The notes beneath the pieces were generated by a model. It had not been told where the DNA came from, ran no database searches, and saw nothing but the letters and a program-made list of their open reading frames with translations. DNA of 64,000 bases from Eledone cirrhosa (lineage: Eukaryota), in the NCBI GenBank assembly GCA_964016885.1, contig OZ024743.1:259284001-259348000 (forward strand), given 5' to 3'. A program made the position numbers and the translations under genes. Positions 13,311-27,995 of the stretch are shown here, piece by piece (position 1 is the stretch's first letter; each line of letters begins with the position of its first letter).

Positions 13311-14669
13311 AGTTTAGCAAAAAAGAGATAACTGTATTGTGGAAATATTCAAAGTGGTGGAAAGGGCTATATGGTATTATGTCTTGTCATATGATTCAGC
13401 ATGAGTGAATGTGGACTGTGTTGTAGAAGTTCAGGTTTTGTAATTTTGTTACTGAGGACACAGAAAGATGTCAAACATTAGTTTTGTCAGTTTACCAAAC
13501 TGTAGGTAGAAATTATTTTATGTGGGAGAATGGGGTACATAATTTAGAGAAGTGAACACACATCGCAGAGCTAGCCAAGGGAGTTTAACATCCGTCAGCT
13601 CTGACAATGATATCCATGTTCGTTCAAGTGAGGTTTTCCTGAATCTCAAATGGTTGTTTCTTTATAATATACATTTCATACAATAATAGGCTATGAATTC
13701 CCCTCAGTTATCTCTTGCTTACTTATTGCGGATCTTGATTTACAGCTTTTTTATTGCATTATATTTTGGCAAGACGATTTGGTAGTCATTAGATTGTCGG
13801 ATAGAATGCATTCGTTTCTACTCTCTACACTCTGAGTTAAAATCCAGTTTAACTTTGCTTTCTATCATTTCGAGGTCGATAAAAATGTACCAGTAAAGTA
13901 CTGGGGATCGATTCATCCTCTATATCCTTTTCTAACTTCCTTTCTTTTACTCTCTAGCCTTCTCTGACAGAAATCTGCTGTGTTCAGACCTAGAAAGCAC
14001 TCCATTAGGTTTAAAATACCGAAGAAACACCTCATATCCCTACAGCGCCCCTACAAAATTACCGGGAATTACGTGGCTGGTGTCCTGTAAGTTAGGTATT
14101 GATAAAAGAATGAATATCTTGCAGAGGTTACGTAACAGTACTTGCCATTAGACAATAGCCGATTTTTTTAATCGCTTCCCTCACGGTGTGAAGTTCCGTA
14201 ACTGCAAGGACCCAGGATAACTAGAAGTTTAACCCGGACTGAACCAACACAAACGAAAGTTACCCCCACCACCAATCAACAATCTCATTTGAGTCGTCTC
14301 CCTTGTCTTCAAACTACCGACCTCTGCAGTGCAGAATCCTGTCAGCTCATATATACTTCCGTTCTCACCGTAAACATACACGGGTTAAAAATCCGCCCTG
14401 TGAAACACGTGTCCCAGAATATGGTTTGCTAATTTGTGGAGGAATTAAATCTATACCGAACTCCTCCTTTGGGCTGAGTGCTCTACCAACTACGGATATA
14501 ACCTCCCGGTTTTCTATCACTAACTACACATATATTTAAATACATACATGTACATTTTATCTATTTTTATTTTTGTTGGCAACATTTTATTTAATTTTAA
14601 TATTGTATAATTTATTGCCCTGTTTCGATATATTGTCTTCCATATTTCATTATGTAGCAATTAATATTT

Positions 14670-14895
14670 CAATCATCATCATCATCATCCCCATCTTCTT
14701 CCTCCTCAATTTTCTTTCCACTTCTTATTATCATAAATATTTGTATCATCACCATCATCATCATCATCATCATCATCTTCATCTTCATCTTCATCATCTT
14801 CATCGTCTTCATCTTCATCGTCATTGTCAATATCATCATCGTCAACATCATCATCATTATTATCGCCATCGTCATACTCATCATCATTATCATCT
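14670..14895. repeat. Degenerate (CAT)n/(CTT)n microsatellite
   Basis: Directly visible; it explains the poly-His, poly-Asp and poly-Met ORFs. Confidence 0.9.
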
Positions 14896-15417
14896 TTGTG
14901 ACTGTCTCTTTCTTCCAATTGTTTCTGCTTTTATTTCATTTCCGTCTCCCTCCCGTCGTTATGAGTTATCTTGATATCGTTTGAGATACTAACAATAATT
15001 TTATGTCTCCATTGATGGACGGTATGAAAGATGGGGAAGAGAAAATAGATTTACTCTTAACACAACCGAACATGTAATTACCATAACTAATTTTTAAAGA
15101 CAATTGTATATAATTTACAATGGCGGCGAATTGCTAGAGTCGTTAGAACGTTGTATAGCAGGGGTCGGCAACCCCCGGCCCTCGAGTGATTTTTGTCCGG
15201 CCCGCCATCTTACACTGGACACTAATTATCTAATTAGTATCGAAAACAGATACAGTATTTCACTTCAAGGTTGTGACGACCTGATGCCCATCACAAATCG
15301 CTGCTCATACCGTATATATTTACAGATACCTTTGTAACCTTATTATATTTCCCATTTATTATTATTTCCTCTTATCCATCTTTTTCTGGGCTTTCTGCCA
15401 AGCATTATATCACCTGT

Positions 15418-15597
15418 GGATTGGCAGTATCGGTAAGGGTAGGACGCCATGCTTTGAAGCATAGAGTTACCTCCTTTTATGATCTGAGTTCAAATCCCGC
15501 CGAGGTTAACTTTGCCTTTCATCCTTACGGGGTCGATAAAATAAAGCGCCAGTAATGCACTGGGATAATTGCTGGCCTTGTGCCAAAAGTAGAAACA
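15418..15597 (+). mobile_element. Family-1 SINE nested in the hAT element
   Basis: 14-bp TSD ATTATATCACCTGT at 15404-15417 and 15598-15611. Confidence 0.9.
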
Positions 15598-16208
15598 ATT
15601 ATATCACCTGTATTATTATTTCCTGTGATTTCATGTATGTGGTTTTGTTCCAGTCAACAAACACAAATGTTGGCTGGAAGTATGCATTTTCGTCAGCGAC
15701 TGGAAGGTATACTACCTTACAGTTCGCATGACTCGCTTTTATACCCATATTGTCATTCAATAAAATCACTCGTGAATTATTGTCGTCTTCGTTTGCCTGA
15801 CCTTACCTGTGTCCCCCGGCACAAGGTAAAGCTGTCCTTGGAAAAATTACTTCGTTCCCTCCTCCCCAGAGTATTTTCATTTGAGTTTGTTGTCTGGTGG
15901 TATAACAACTATACAGTAGGTATCTTTATTCGATAATAACGTTTATTTAATTATTTGTGATAAATTGTGTGATTATTATTATTAGAATTAGGCCAAAAGT
16001 GGTTTAAAAAACAAGTGGCAACCCTGCTCTAACAACGTCGTTAGAAACCATGTTTTATATAATTTATTCACAATTATCATATTTTATCGCATTACTATAT
16101 TTGCATTTACATTTGTTTTAATTGTTTCTTATTTCTTCATTCTGATTATTATACTTTTTGTTCTTTTTCCTTTCCATAAATCTTTTTTGTTTGAACAAAA
16201 ACAAGCCC

Positions 16209-17964
16209 ATGGAAGCTAAGAAAAGAAAAGTGGATTTGGAGTGTCGAACTTTTAACGATGGCTGGACACAGCTATTTTTTCATTGAGCACTTCGGAAAAT
16301 GCTTAATTTGTCAAGAAACCATTGCCGTGAAGAAAGTTTCAAATATTAAACGGCACTATGAAACTCGTCATAATCATTACAACAGTTTTACTGGAAAAGC
16401 ACGAGTAAACGAAGTTGCACGGCTGAGAAATAATGTAACAAAGCAATCATCCTTTTTCACTAGAAAAGTTGAAGAAAGTGACCAAACACTCGTGTTAGCT
16501 ACGAGGTGTCAAAACTAATTGCAGAAAGGATGAAACCTTTTGCTGATGGAAATTTCTTCAAAGCATTATTGTTGAAGGTAGCAGATGTTGTTTGTCCAGA
16601 AAAAAGGGAATTATTTTCTGCGATCAGCTTATCGGCAAGAACAGTAACAAGGCGAATTGAAGAGCTGGCAGCAAATGTCAGGAGTGGCTTGGAGGGCATT
16701 TTAAATAGTCTGGAGTATTATTACATTGCTATCGATGAAACCACAGATATGAAGGATACTTGTCAACCTGCAGTGTTTGTGAGGGGTGTAAAACCAACAG
16801 TTGATATTGTGGAAGAATTAGTACAATTGATTCCTATGAAGGACACTAGCACTGGAGCAGATATTTTGGAAAGCATAATAAAATGGATTACCGAAATGAA
16901 TCTGGATTTATCAAAGATTTCTGGAGTAGTCACAGCAATGGTTGGATAGAAAAAGGGGTTTGTTGCATTGCTCCAAAACCACATCGGTATTGATAAAAAA
17001 CTAATCAAACTTCATTGCATTATTCATCAAGAAGCAATATGTGCAAAGTCACTGAATTTTAAGGACATCATGGCAGTGGTCGTGAAAACAGTGAATTTTA
17101 TACTGTCAAGAGCACTAAATCACCGCCAGTTTCAAGAATTTCTAAAACAAATTGAAGCAGAGTATGGCGACCTTACATATTTTTCAAATGTTCGATGGCT
17201 TAGCCGCGGAAAAATGGTAGAACGAGTATATGCATTGAGAGAAGAGATTTCTGTTTTTAGAGAGCAAAGACCAAGATAATTCTTACTTTCAGGATCCACA
17301 GTGGGTTGTCAAGTTAGCTTTTTTAGTGGACATCATGAACACTTTGAATCTTGAAGTTGAAGGAAAGAACAAGGTTGTATTTGAGATTTTTGGTCAAATT
17401 ACTGCTTTTGAGAGAAAACTCCGACTGTGGGAATCACAACTTCAAAAAAGAAACTACTCTCATTTCCCAAGTCTCCAAAATCACAAGAGAGATATAATAC
17501 CAGAAATCTTTGTGAGCTCTATTAAGGATTTGAGAAGCGAGTTTTCCTCTCGTTTTGCTGACTTCCGGCAATATGGAACTCTATTTAAGTTATTTGGTAC
17601 TTCTTACGAAACAGATGTGGAGAAAGTGGCAGAAGAATATCAATTGGAGTTAATTGACTTATAGTGCGACGAATCTTTAAAATCGAAATTTCAGTTCGAA
17701 TCCACTGCTGACTTCTACAAGAAATATATATTGCCAAGCGGAAAATATAAAAACATCTTGATTAATGCGAAACTGATGATATCATTATTTGGAAGTACAT
17801 ATGCTTGTGAACAACTTTTTTCCAAAATGAAATATACTAAAAGTCATTTAAGAACAAGGTTGCGTGACGACCACCTAGATGATGTTTTGCTCCTGTCATC
17901 GACAAATATTTCACCTGATGTGGAGAAGTTATCGCACAATAAGCAGAAAAATGTGTCTCATTAA
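16209..17964 (+). pseudogene. hAT transposase (SPIN/GTF2IRD2-like), frameshifted
   Basis: MEAKKRKVDLECRTFN.., CLIC...KRHYETRH zinc finger, IAIDETTD, HCIIHQE, VRWLSRG, FGSTYACEQLFS and RTRL. Several frameshifts and a stop at about 17662. Confidence 0.93.
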
Positions 17965-20517
17965 ATCATTTACCATTTCTAACTGTATTTCGTTTGTAGC
18001 AAGGAATTTGCTTTTTCTTTTTGTTGATTGCGATAATAGTTGTTTTTCTGTTATTCCTGCAGTAAAATAAGGAATTTGCTTTTTTTTTTGTTGAATGTGT
18101 TTGTAGTTTTTTTTTTCGTTTTTTTTTGTTATTCCTGCAGTAAAATAAAGGGCCTTGTTAAAATAAAATTATATTAAATTCCTTGTTTTGCTTTAAACCT
18201 CCAGAAAATTTATTTACATATTTAATGACATGGCCCTCCTCCATGAGATTGCATAGCTGTTTGGCCCTCTCTCTCCGACCCCTGTTGTATAGAATGCTTT
18301 GCGCTATTCATTCCAAATACCTGCAATCTGAGTTCACATCCCTCTGAGATTAATTTTGCCTTTCATTCATCTGAGGTCGATTAATAGAGTACCAATCTAG
18401 TTCTGGAGTCATTTCTTCCTGGATATATCTTTCTCACTTCATTTCTTTCCATACTCTGAAAGAATTAGCCGTATTCAGACCTGGATAGGGGATGAGTTCT
18501 TCGAGGCTTAAACAAAATGCCCCCAAAACGCTGTGTATCACTACGGTGCCCTTAGAACCCCACCAGAAGTTACGGATGCAGCCATACATGTAAATATTGA
18601 CAAAGAGAAAGAGTGAAAGATGGGGGAGAAATAGCGAGGGAAGAAACCTTACACCCTTGGCTGGACGGTATAACTCAGTTGCACACAGTTGACAAGATTG
18701 TCAAATCATTGCCGCAGAGAACAACCATCGACACCAGCTGCATTAACCATTTTAATTCGCATTAAACTAAATCTTTACGACACCAGCTGCATTTACGATT
18801 TTGCAGGGAAAATAAAGCTTCACTTGGATGAACCGAGATCACAAGCGGTCTCCACTGCAGAAAACAGCCGTATGTTTTGTTTTTATTATCATGGCAAGTC
18901 CTAGGGCGGTGGATTGGCAGTATTGGTAGAGAGTCTGACACCATGTTTTGCAGCATATAGTTACGGCCCTTTACTGCCTGAGTTCAAATCCCGCCGAGGT
19001 TAACTTTGCCTTTCATGCTTACGGAGTCGATAAAATAAACACTAGTAACGTACTGGAGTCGATTTAATCGACTTTCCCCTCTCCCCAAATTACTGGCCTT
19101 GTGCCTATACTAGAAATCATTATCATGGTAAGTCCTGTAAAACAAGATTTAGTGCGTTGTAATAGTAGTAGTAGTAGTAGTAGGAGGAGGAGGAATTGTT
19201 GTCGTTGCTGTAGATCAACCTGTTCTTCCATTTTCTGGAAATTAGTTTTGGCTTTTCAGAATTGTAATTTGGAAAACTATTTTCTTATCCACCTCAAAGA
19301 TATTGACCCATTTATGCTCTGTATTGTTGTTGAAATGAGAAAGAGAATATTGTCAATCTGAGATAAACTAGCATGGTGTCTCTAGTGAATAGACTTATCG
19401 TTAAAGTAATCTAGACTATCGACACACATGAAGTAATGCCTTGTCTAACATAAACAATCTGACAGAATAGAATAGAAATTGAACAGAGAAAAAAATAATT
19501 AATAAATCACAATACTTTACGAAACAGAGTGGCCTGAAACGCCTGTCTGCTTGATTGAAATATACTCTGCCAAAATAAAGATAACCCGCGTTACAAAGAC
19601 CCACTAACGTCTCATGTACTCCTTCACAAACACGTCAAAACTATACTCTGCCAGAAATAAACAATTTCTCGAGGCCAGTATGTCTGCATGCATAGGCCCT
19701 GAACTTTCCAGAGAGTTTTATGGGTGCTGTCGTGTGCATTTATTTACATCTGGCGGTGTCCTCCCCTTATCGGGTAAGAACATAATATAACCAATTTCCA
19801 CCAGACGAGAGAGAGAGGGGTGAATCGATCTTAGTACTGAACTGGTGGTACATTATTCATCGATTTCAAAAATATGAAATGTATATTTGACATCGGAGGG
19901 TTTTGAATTTAGAACGTAGGGAGCTGAAACATTATAAAGCATTATATGAGTCATTCTAACGACAACCCTGCCAGTTCAACTGTGCTCTCTATGGTATTAG
20001 GTTAAAAGAGATTTAGAATATATTGCTACAAACTTTCATTATTTTACAAAGGCAGATTTTTTTTTATTTTGTTGGTTTTACTGATCTGTAAAGTCGTTTA
20101 ACGTAATTAAAATACATCTCAGGACGCATATGTAGTTTAACTTCGATTTAATCATTTAAAAAAAATGGTTTCTTACACGATATTAACTCATAACATGAAG
20201 ATGGGTTGATTTGGTTGTGAATGGGAAACTATCATGCTTCCAATCCATTGTATAATTAGCCAATATTTTTATTAATATAACTCGATCTGTGCTGGAGCTT
20301 AGATTCTTACTTAACACTATCAGGAAATATAAAAAGAAAGAAAGACGAGTTTGGTAATTCACATGTGTATAGTATATGTACTAATGTACAGTTCGTTGTG
20401 AATATTCGCATTAAACTAAATTAAAGACATTAATTTTTAATGTAATGTGTACAGGGAAAACATTATTTTTCTCTTCTACATGACATCATTTCAGATCATA
20501 GCATTACTTTAATTTGT

Positions 20518-20770
20518 CTGGGCTGCACGTCGGGCCGAGGAGGGTAAACTCTCCAAATATAGGTTTCTCTCCTACAGGTATGCGGTCGAGCCCATCGCAG
20601 TGGAGATTTCTGGTGTTCTTTGCACTAAGACCACCTCCCTACTCACCACCATTGGTGTGGAGTTGGCTACCCGCAGGTCTGAGCCTCGTGAGTTGGAATG
20701 GCTCTTCCAGCGCGTCTCCCTCGCCATCCTCCGGGACCGCGGGGTGACTGGTGCGTGGGTTGCCATTTGC
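20518..20770 (+). pseudogene. CRE-clade (RLE-type) non-LTR retrotransposon 3' fragment
   Basis: Frame reads ARRAEEGKLSKYRFLSYRYAVEPIAVEISGVL...IGVELATRRSEPRELEWLFQRVSLAILR, matching the AE..K..KY...P.A.E..G...QR.S.A pattern. Confidence 0.75.
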
Positions 20771-20808
20771 ATGTAATAGTCCGAGAGAGTCGGGAGCAGT
20801 GAGTGAGA

Positions 20809-20900
<92 letters not shown>

Positions 20901-21454
20901 ATCAACACACACATCCATGTAAACTAAATTATACATCTCTTTATATTTACTACTTTAGGGCAAATATGCTAAATTATTAATTACATTTTTCGAAGGTGAT
21001 CAAAATTTATACTCTTGACTACACTACGTTTCCTCAGTTAATATCTACAGAATCGGAGCACGACCCTAACCATGAAATATGAATAAATTCCAAACTGTTT
21101 CATGGCGGCTTAATTCTCTATGTTCATCAAATATGTTCTAAGTGAGGGTGAAAAAAATGAAGGATTACTTTTCTTTATTTCACTTCTTTCTCCCCTTCTC
21201 TTCCTTCACTGAGAAATTCTATGTTCATTACGCAACAAATTCTACGTAGTTTATTTCCTGTTTCAATTAATGAACATTACTTCTGTGAAATAGTTGATGA
21301 AATTAAAACAATCGCGAGAAATTATACATTTGCTCATATTTGCACTGAAATTATGTTTTTAATTACAAAGCAACTGCTGAAGACCACCTAATATTCTTTC
21401 CTTTACTGAATTCCACACTTGTGAAATTAGTTAACCACAAATAAAAATAACAAA

Positions 21455-21520
21455 ACAACAACAATAATAATAATGATGAAGATATTGACGAGGAGGATAA
21501 TAATGATAATGATAATTAAA

Positions 21521-21571
<51 letters not shown>

Positions 21572-21670
21572 GTAGTAGTAGTAGTAGTAGTAATACTGAT
21601 AATATAAAGATGATAAAGATGATGATGATGATGATAATAATAATAATGATAAACTGCTACTAATATTAAT
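21455..21670. repeat. Compound (AAT/AGT/GAT)n microsatellite
   Basis: Directly visible. Confidence 0.9.
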
Positions 21671-22454
21671 AACTGAAATAGCAACAACCATGGCAATACC
21701 AATTACAAGCCATCATGTTTAACTTTGGAAATATGTCACTGTACATATCTGATAGCTACAAACATCAATAATCAGAAACCGAGCAAAAAATCGATAGTTA
21801 ATTTTAAAAATTAACTAATAACAAAGAAATAGAGAAAAAACATGAAGTAATTTTACCAGAAGTTTACGTCTAGATTGCGGATGGCCGGTACATTATTATA
21901 TCATTATTAAAAAAAGACAGCTAATTTTAGAGTTTAATTATTTTAATGAAAGATTAAATTTCGTTCATATTTTAGTAAGTTACAAAAATTCTAGACCTTA
22001 GCTGTTCAGTTTTATTAACATGAGCAATAGTAATAAAACTCATAGCTGTTCAACAGAAAAGAAATAGATAAAATATGTACTAACTTTGAAAAAAAAATGA
22101 TCAATTAAAATCCTCTCAGGGCATGGCCAGAGTTTAATGATTGAAATCATTAAAAGAGTAAAAAAATGAAAAAGTCTGTAAATATGTGAGCATTCATTCT
22201 TTTATTTTTGTGTTCTACTAGTTCCAATCATTAAACTGCGGCTATGCCTGGGCAGGGTCTTGAAGGAATTTCTGTCGATGATATTATTGCTTCAAGTCTG
22301 ATATATATTTTATCTATCTCTGTTTTTCGGACTGTTAAGTTATAGAACATAAATAAGCAGTAAACGTAAACAGGGAAATACACACACACACACACGCGCA
22401 CGCACATATGCACAACCACATACATTTATATGTATATACAATTAGTTTAAACAG

Positions 22455-22600
22455 TCTTCGTCTACCACATTTTGCTCACATAATATTGGTCAGCCAAAGA
22501 TTATAGTAGAATATACTTGCCCAAGGAGTCATATTGTGGGACTGAAACGAAAACCTCTCGTTGCGAAACGAACTCGTACATAACACCACCATTTCTGCGC
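22455..22600 (-). mobile_element. Old CORE-like SINE (family 3)
   Basis: TATAGTAGAA..ACTTGCCCAAGG...GGGACTGAA; a similar copy lies at about 23435-23550. Confidence 0.5.
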
Positions 22601-23040
22601 CTGTATATATGTGCAGAGTATGTGTGTGTAGCTGTTTTCCACGAGAACATAAGTGAAATTTGATTTATCGATAACTATTAATATCTGTTACAACTCCAAA
22701 ACATGGAAATTTATTGAATTATCTCTAGGGTAAATGAAATATTTTGTGAACTGGTAAAATTGATGACAGATATAACAGATTGATCGTCTACCTCTGTCTT
22801 CGTCATCGTCATGGCAACTACCATGATCACCACCATCAACACTGTCACCAGTTTGATCATTAACAACGCCATCATAATCCCCAACATTATTATTGTCGCT
22901 ATAAAAAATTTTAGTTAACCATATCCAACCCAGTATTTAGTTTTTAAACGACTCAACATAAACAGCAACCCTGTTATAGACTCGTGTAAAAATTCACGCA
23001 CACGCACACACACTCTCATACATACTCCCACACACTCTCA

Positions 23041-23114
<74 letters not shown>

Positions 23115-23239
23115 TCTTCTCTCTCTAGATATAAAAATGCGCGAAATTGCACTTGAGAAAGTGGCTGATGCGGTCAAGAGATGTAGCTGTTTGTTTGTCT
23201 GAAGTAACCATATTATCTGTGTGCAGCTTTTGCTGATAC

Positions 23240-23299
<60 letters not shown>

Positions 23300-23324
23300 T
23301 ACATATATATATATACATATATAC

Positions 23325-23391
<67 letters not shown>

Positions 23392-24938
23392 CACACACAC
23401 ACATATATATATAGGTATGTGTGTGTGTAAGTTAGTCTTCTGCAATCTCTGTCAACACGAGGCTATATAGTAGAGACTTGCCCAAGGTGCAATGCAAACG
23501 ATCGCGAGGCCATGTGGTTGCGAAGCATACTACTCACCCGCATGCCAGCGTCCAATCCAACATCAATATCCAATACTAAAACCAGTCATTTTCTATGAAG
23601 TGTACATAATGAAATACATAAACATGTCACTTGTTCTGTTATATATGAAGACCTATTACATTTCCTATTTCTCGGTAAAGTAATAAGTATTTGGCTATAT
23701 TCCGAATACGGTGGTTATTCTTCTGGAAATTATAACAGCTGACAGTTTTGTTTTCTAAAAGAAAGATGTATTCTTCAACTTCCTTAACCCTTTTCATGAA
23801 ACCAACATAAAACCAACTTTGGTTCTACGATATAAAACAGTTTATTTTAAAATATTTATATTCATAAAAATCCTCCCATCTTAATTTTATAAAAGAACAT
23901 TTGTCACGATATATTCCAATCACCGACGTAACCATTCCGACAGCAAACCACCAGAAATGGCTTCTGTTTCTATGACATAAACATGTTTGTTTTACATATT
24001 TATCTATAAATATTTCATAATAATTTTATGAAATAACCCTGTGTTAAGATATGTTTTAAATGCTAGTTTGATGATAAAGAGAATGTTAGTTATATTGCTA
24101 AATCCTTTCAAATTCATGATTATTTTCAAATTTATTTGAAAATCATAGACGCTATTTTTCAATAGAAAATGATAAAGAAAAGAAAGGGCTAATAATGAAA
24201 TAATTACTTATATTCCTAAACCCCTTCGAATCCCTGATTATTTTCTAAACTATTTTAAATAATAGACAGTATCGTTAAAAATACAGTAACGAGTAGGTTA
24301 AATTTCACTATAAATGATAACGTAACACATATTTCTATAAAACATCAATTAGATTCAAGCACAATGAATCACCCAACTGATAAACACACGTTACTTGCAC
24401 TGCTAGGTAATCATGTCGGACTCATTATATCCAGTTCAAACTTGATTAGATGGAAATTGCTATCACAAAAATAATTCATGGAGATTAAGTCTAAAACTGA
24501 AATGAAAATTCATTCTGTCGACTTTCGATGCTAAATATTCTGTCATCGATTTTGACACGAACGTAATAAATAACTTCAACAAAGGTAGCATTTCAAGTCT
24601 GAAGGTAGTTGGAGTTTCAGCAATGATAATAATAGTTCTAATGGTCATATTATTAATTATGGCTTGTGATAAATTAGCAGTATCGGTAGAGTGCCGGACA
24701 AAACCCTTATGCGTTATACTTAAGTACGATCGAGTTCAACTTTGCTTTTATCTCTTCAAGGTTGATAAAATAATGTCCCAAAGTACTGCTGGCCTTGTGC
24801 TATAACTAGAAACCATTATTAATTTCACTTTTCATCAATTTTGGGTCGACAACATAAAGTACCAGTCAAATACTGGATCGATATTATCGACTTGCCCCGT
24901 TCACAAATCGTTAACCTTGTCCCTAAATTAGAAACCAT

Positions 24939-25366
24939 TGTAGTAAGAGTTGCCTCCCCTGCCACGACAATCGAATCGCTGTTCTCTAGACAGGAAGTAG
25001 GTGGAGTTGCTTCCCTTTGGGATTGACCAAACTCCCTAGTGGTCACTTCCGGTCAACAGAGATAAAAGGAGCGATTAACCGCGAAATCTCTCTCTCGCCT
25101 CCTGATTCCTGAAGTGGTAACATCTTCGACCATAGCTGGTGATTCTTTCTGGACGACCCTTTCGTTACCAGCACAATGCAGCTCACCAGCCTGAGATGAG
25201 AGCGCCAAGACATTTTCTACCAACTTCACAATGGTATTATTGCCATCGGGTAACAACCCTTTACCTTATACACCTTTGACTTCTATGAAGTAAAACTTTA
25301 TCACACACACCAGTACTCTTTGTCTTTTATATTATGTTGCATGTGCACCGATATCTATTTCCTAAA
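24939..25366 (+). mobile_element. Probable solo LTR inserted at a SINE 3' end
   Basis: Starts TGTAG and ends CTAAA (CTACA with one change), flanked by a CCAT/ACCAT duplication. Internal TATA-like GATAAAAG and poly(A)-like AGTAAA; more GC-rich than the flanks. Confidence 0.6.
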
Positions 25367-25968
25367 CCATTATTATCAGCTATGTTACGTAAAGATGTTT
25401 GAGAACAAATGCTAAATAGGAAAAAAAGTACAAAGTGAAAACGTAAGGAAAACAAGGTAAATATTAAGATATAAACCTTCAGTTCGAATTTTATATCTCA
25501 CTAAACATCCCAACCCTCTCATTAACAAGCATACAACGTGGGAAGTAAACACAATTGAGAAATATTTACAAAATAGTGAAATAAAAGAATCAATCGATCA
25601 TGTAAACCATAAACATTACTGATAGTTTTTCTTAGTAAAAGTGTTAAAACATTCCCACAAGATGTGGAAAGTGTTACGACGATGAGCATTACAATATCCA
25701 CAGACACATCTACACACACACACACACACGCACGCACACACATATACACACATATATATACATATAAACACATACATACACACGTACGACACCCGTATTT
25801 TCAATAGAAGTTATATATATATATATATATATATTAGAAAGTGAGGTTTTTTTTACAAAATGAAAAATAACCGAGGTCTCCTACACGAGTGAAAGTATAA
25901 AGAAAAAAAGATGAAATCGAAAATGCAACTGGAGTCTTATTTAAAAAAATATATATATTTATTTGGTT

Positions 25969-26006
25969 CCTTTACCGGTTTCGCAGTTCTTCTGCTTTTC
26001 AAAAGT
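25969..26006 (-). ncRNA. Minimal hammerhead, U3/A8 variant, copy 2
   Basis: Minus strand ACTT-TTGAAAA-GCAGaagaaCTGC-GAAA-CCGG-TA-AAGG, within a TA-flanked 200-bp module (25835-26040). Confidence 0.65.
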
Positions 26007-26034
26007 AGAGTTCAGATGGAGGGTCTGTGGTTTT

Positions 26035-26107
<73 letters not shown>

Positions 26108-26191
26108 TATATACATATATATATACACATATATACACATATATATGTATATATGTATATAAATATATATATATACATATATATATGTGTG

Positions 26192-26317
<126 letters not shown>

Positions 26318-26389
26318 CTATGGAATACTATTGGCTTCTTGCTACAATGTTTTCTATACCTTTCATTTATATATATATATATGTATATG

Positions 26390-26423
<34 letters not shown>

Positions 26424-27892
26424 CATATATATATAAATATATATATATATATAAATATACCCATACATATACACACTACACACATACACAACACTCACCC
26501 TTATAAATATTCCATTAAGCCATTAACTCTGATAAGACGAAGATTTCAGTACACATGTTTATTCTGCACTAAGAATCAAAGTCAATATCTTTTAAGTGTG
26601 AGAGAAAATATAACGTTGTGACATTTTGGTTTATGAATCATTAGCGCAAGTGATGACGGCGTTAGAACGTCTGAAAGAATACTTTGCGATACTTGTTCCG
26701 GTTCTTTGCTCTCTGAAATCAAATCCCGTCGAGGTCAACATTGCTATTCATCATTTCGAAGTTGAAAAATAAAGTGCCAAGTTATTTCTGGGATCGATTG
26801 TCTCTTCTCTGTCTCCTTACCCGAAAGAAATCAACTGTGTTCAGATGTTGAGAAAGATTAGCTCCACCAGGCTGGAATACGCGAGACATGTTGTATATCA
26901 CGACGCTGCCCCTACGATCTCATCGTGAGATCAGGGCTTGTGAAAATATATTGAGATTCAACAGCGATTAGAAAATGCGTTGCTGACTCAGTACGGTAAG
27001 AGTCTTATCCCTTATGTTATGACTCTCAGCAACACGATGTTGTTGTTCAATGCTGGACCTCAGTCGATTTTATCTATGAGTGTTCCTGAGTGTTCCGGAA
27101 CAGCCTGCTACTAAAATTAGCGTGCATGTACATAGCTGAACATTCCACAAACAGGATAACCACGTAATTCTTGGACAATTCAGCGTGACACAATAAGTAA
27201 AAAGATAACATTATAGACACAACGTATTTTCCCCCAGCTTAGTGGACTAGAGCAACGGGAAATATTGTGTCTTGATTCATGCTCATGGACAACACTCTCC
27301 TCTGAGAATCGAACTCATTTGCTATCTATCGTGAGCCGAATATCCTAAACAGAAACATCCGTGCTTTCATCAACATAGACAATGAACACACCTGCAACAC
27401 AGAAATAATGGACAGTACCGTGATTATAGTAAACAGTTCAATTATATGACGAATAGCTCTAATAATGATATATGCTACAATATCTCGAAGCAAACAAAAC
27501 AATTTCCGTCTCTTTCACAAGGCAGTACAGGAATTGATTTTTGACCTATATAAAACAATTGTAGAGACATAATAATGAAATAAGATTTTGGGACGTTCAT
27601 GCTTTTCTCTAGGTTTCCATAGTTTCAGAGAAAATTCGATTGAGAGGATATGATGAAAATCTTTTCTCTCCAAACTCCTTAATGGCGCAATTCAAGTAAA
27701 TGGGAAGTGTGTCTGCTCAACTGATCTGTGAGAGTTTATATATATCTCTTTCAACGTTATATATTATATACAATGCTTCAAGCAAACTATATTTTATTAT
27801 ATATATATATTTATACATGGTTTTCCTTCAAACATGTATACACACTTCAACAGCATTCAAATGAATATGTGTATACATTTTGGGGGGACACC

Positions 27893-27968
<76 letters not shown>

Positions 27969-27995
27969 TGTACTTAATTAATATATATATATATT

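Larger units (their letters stand above)
15159..18284 (+). mobile_element. Full-length hAT DNA transposon, Buster/Charlie/SPIN-like group
   Basis: TIRs CAGGGGTCGG...CCGACCCCTG. Perfect 8-bp TSD TTGTATAG (15151-15158 and 18285-18292) with TA at positions 4-5, the Buster signature. Confidence 0.95.

Noticed and set aside
13452-13475. CTGAGGA-CACA-GAAA as a hammerhead
   Set aside because: There is no stem II and stem III does not pair.
16209-17964. Domesticated GTF2IRD2/ZBED-like host gene
   Set aside because: Multiple frameshifts, a stop, and intact TIRs and TSD show a decayed transposon.
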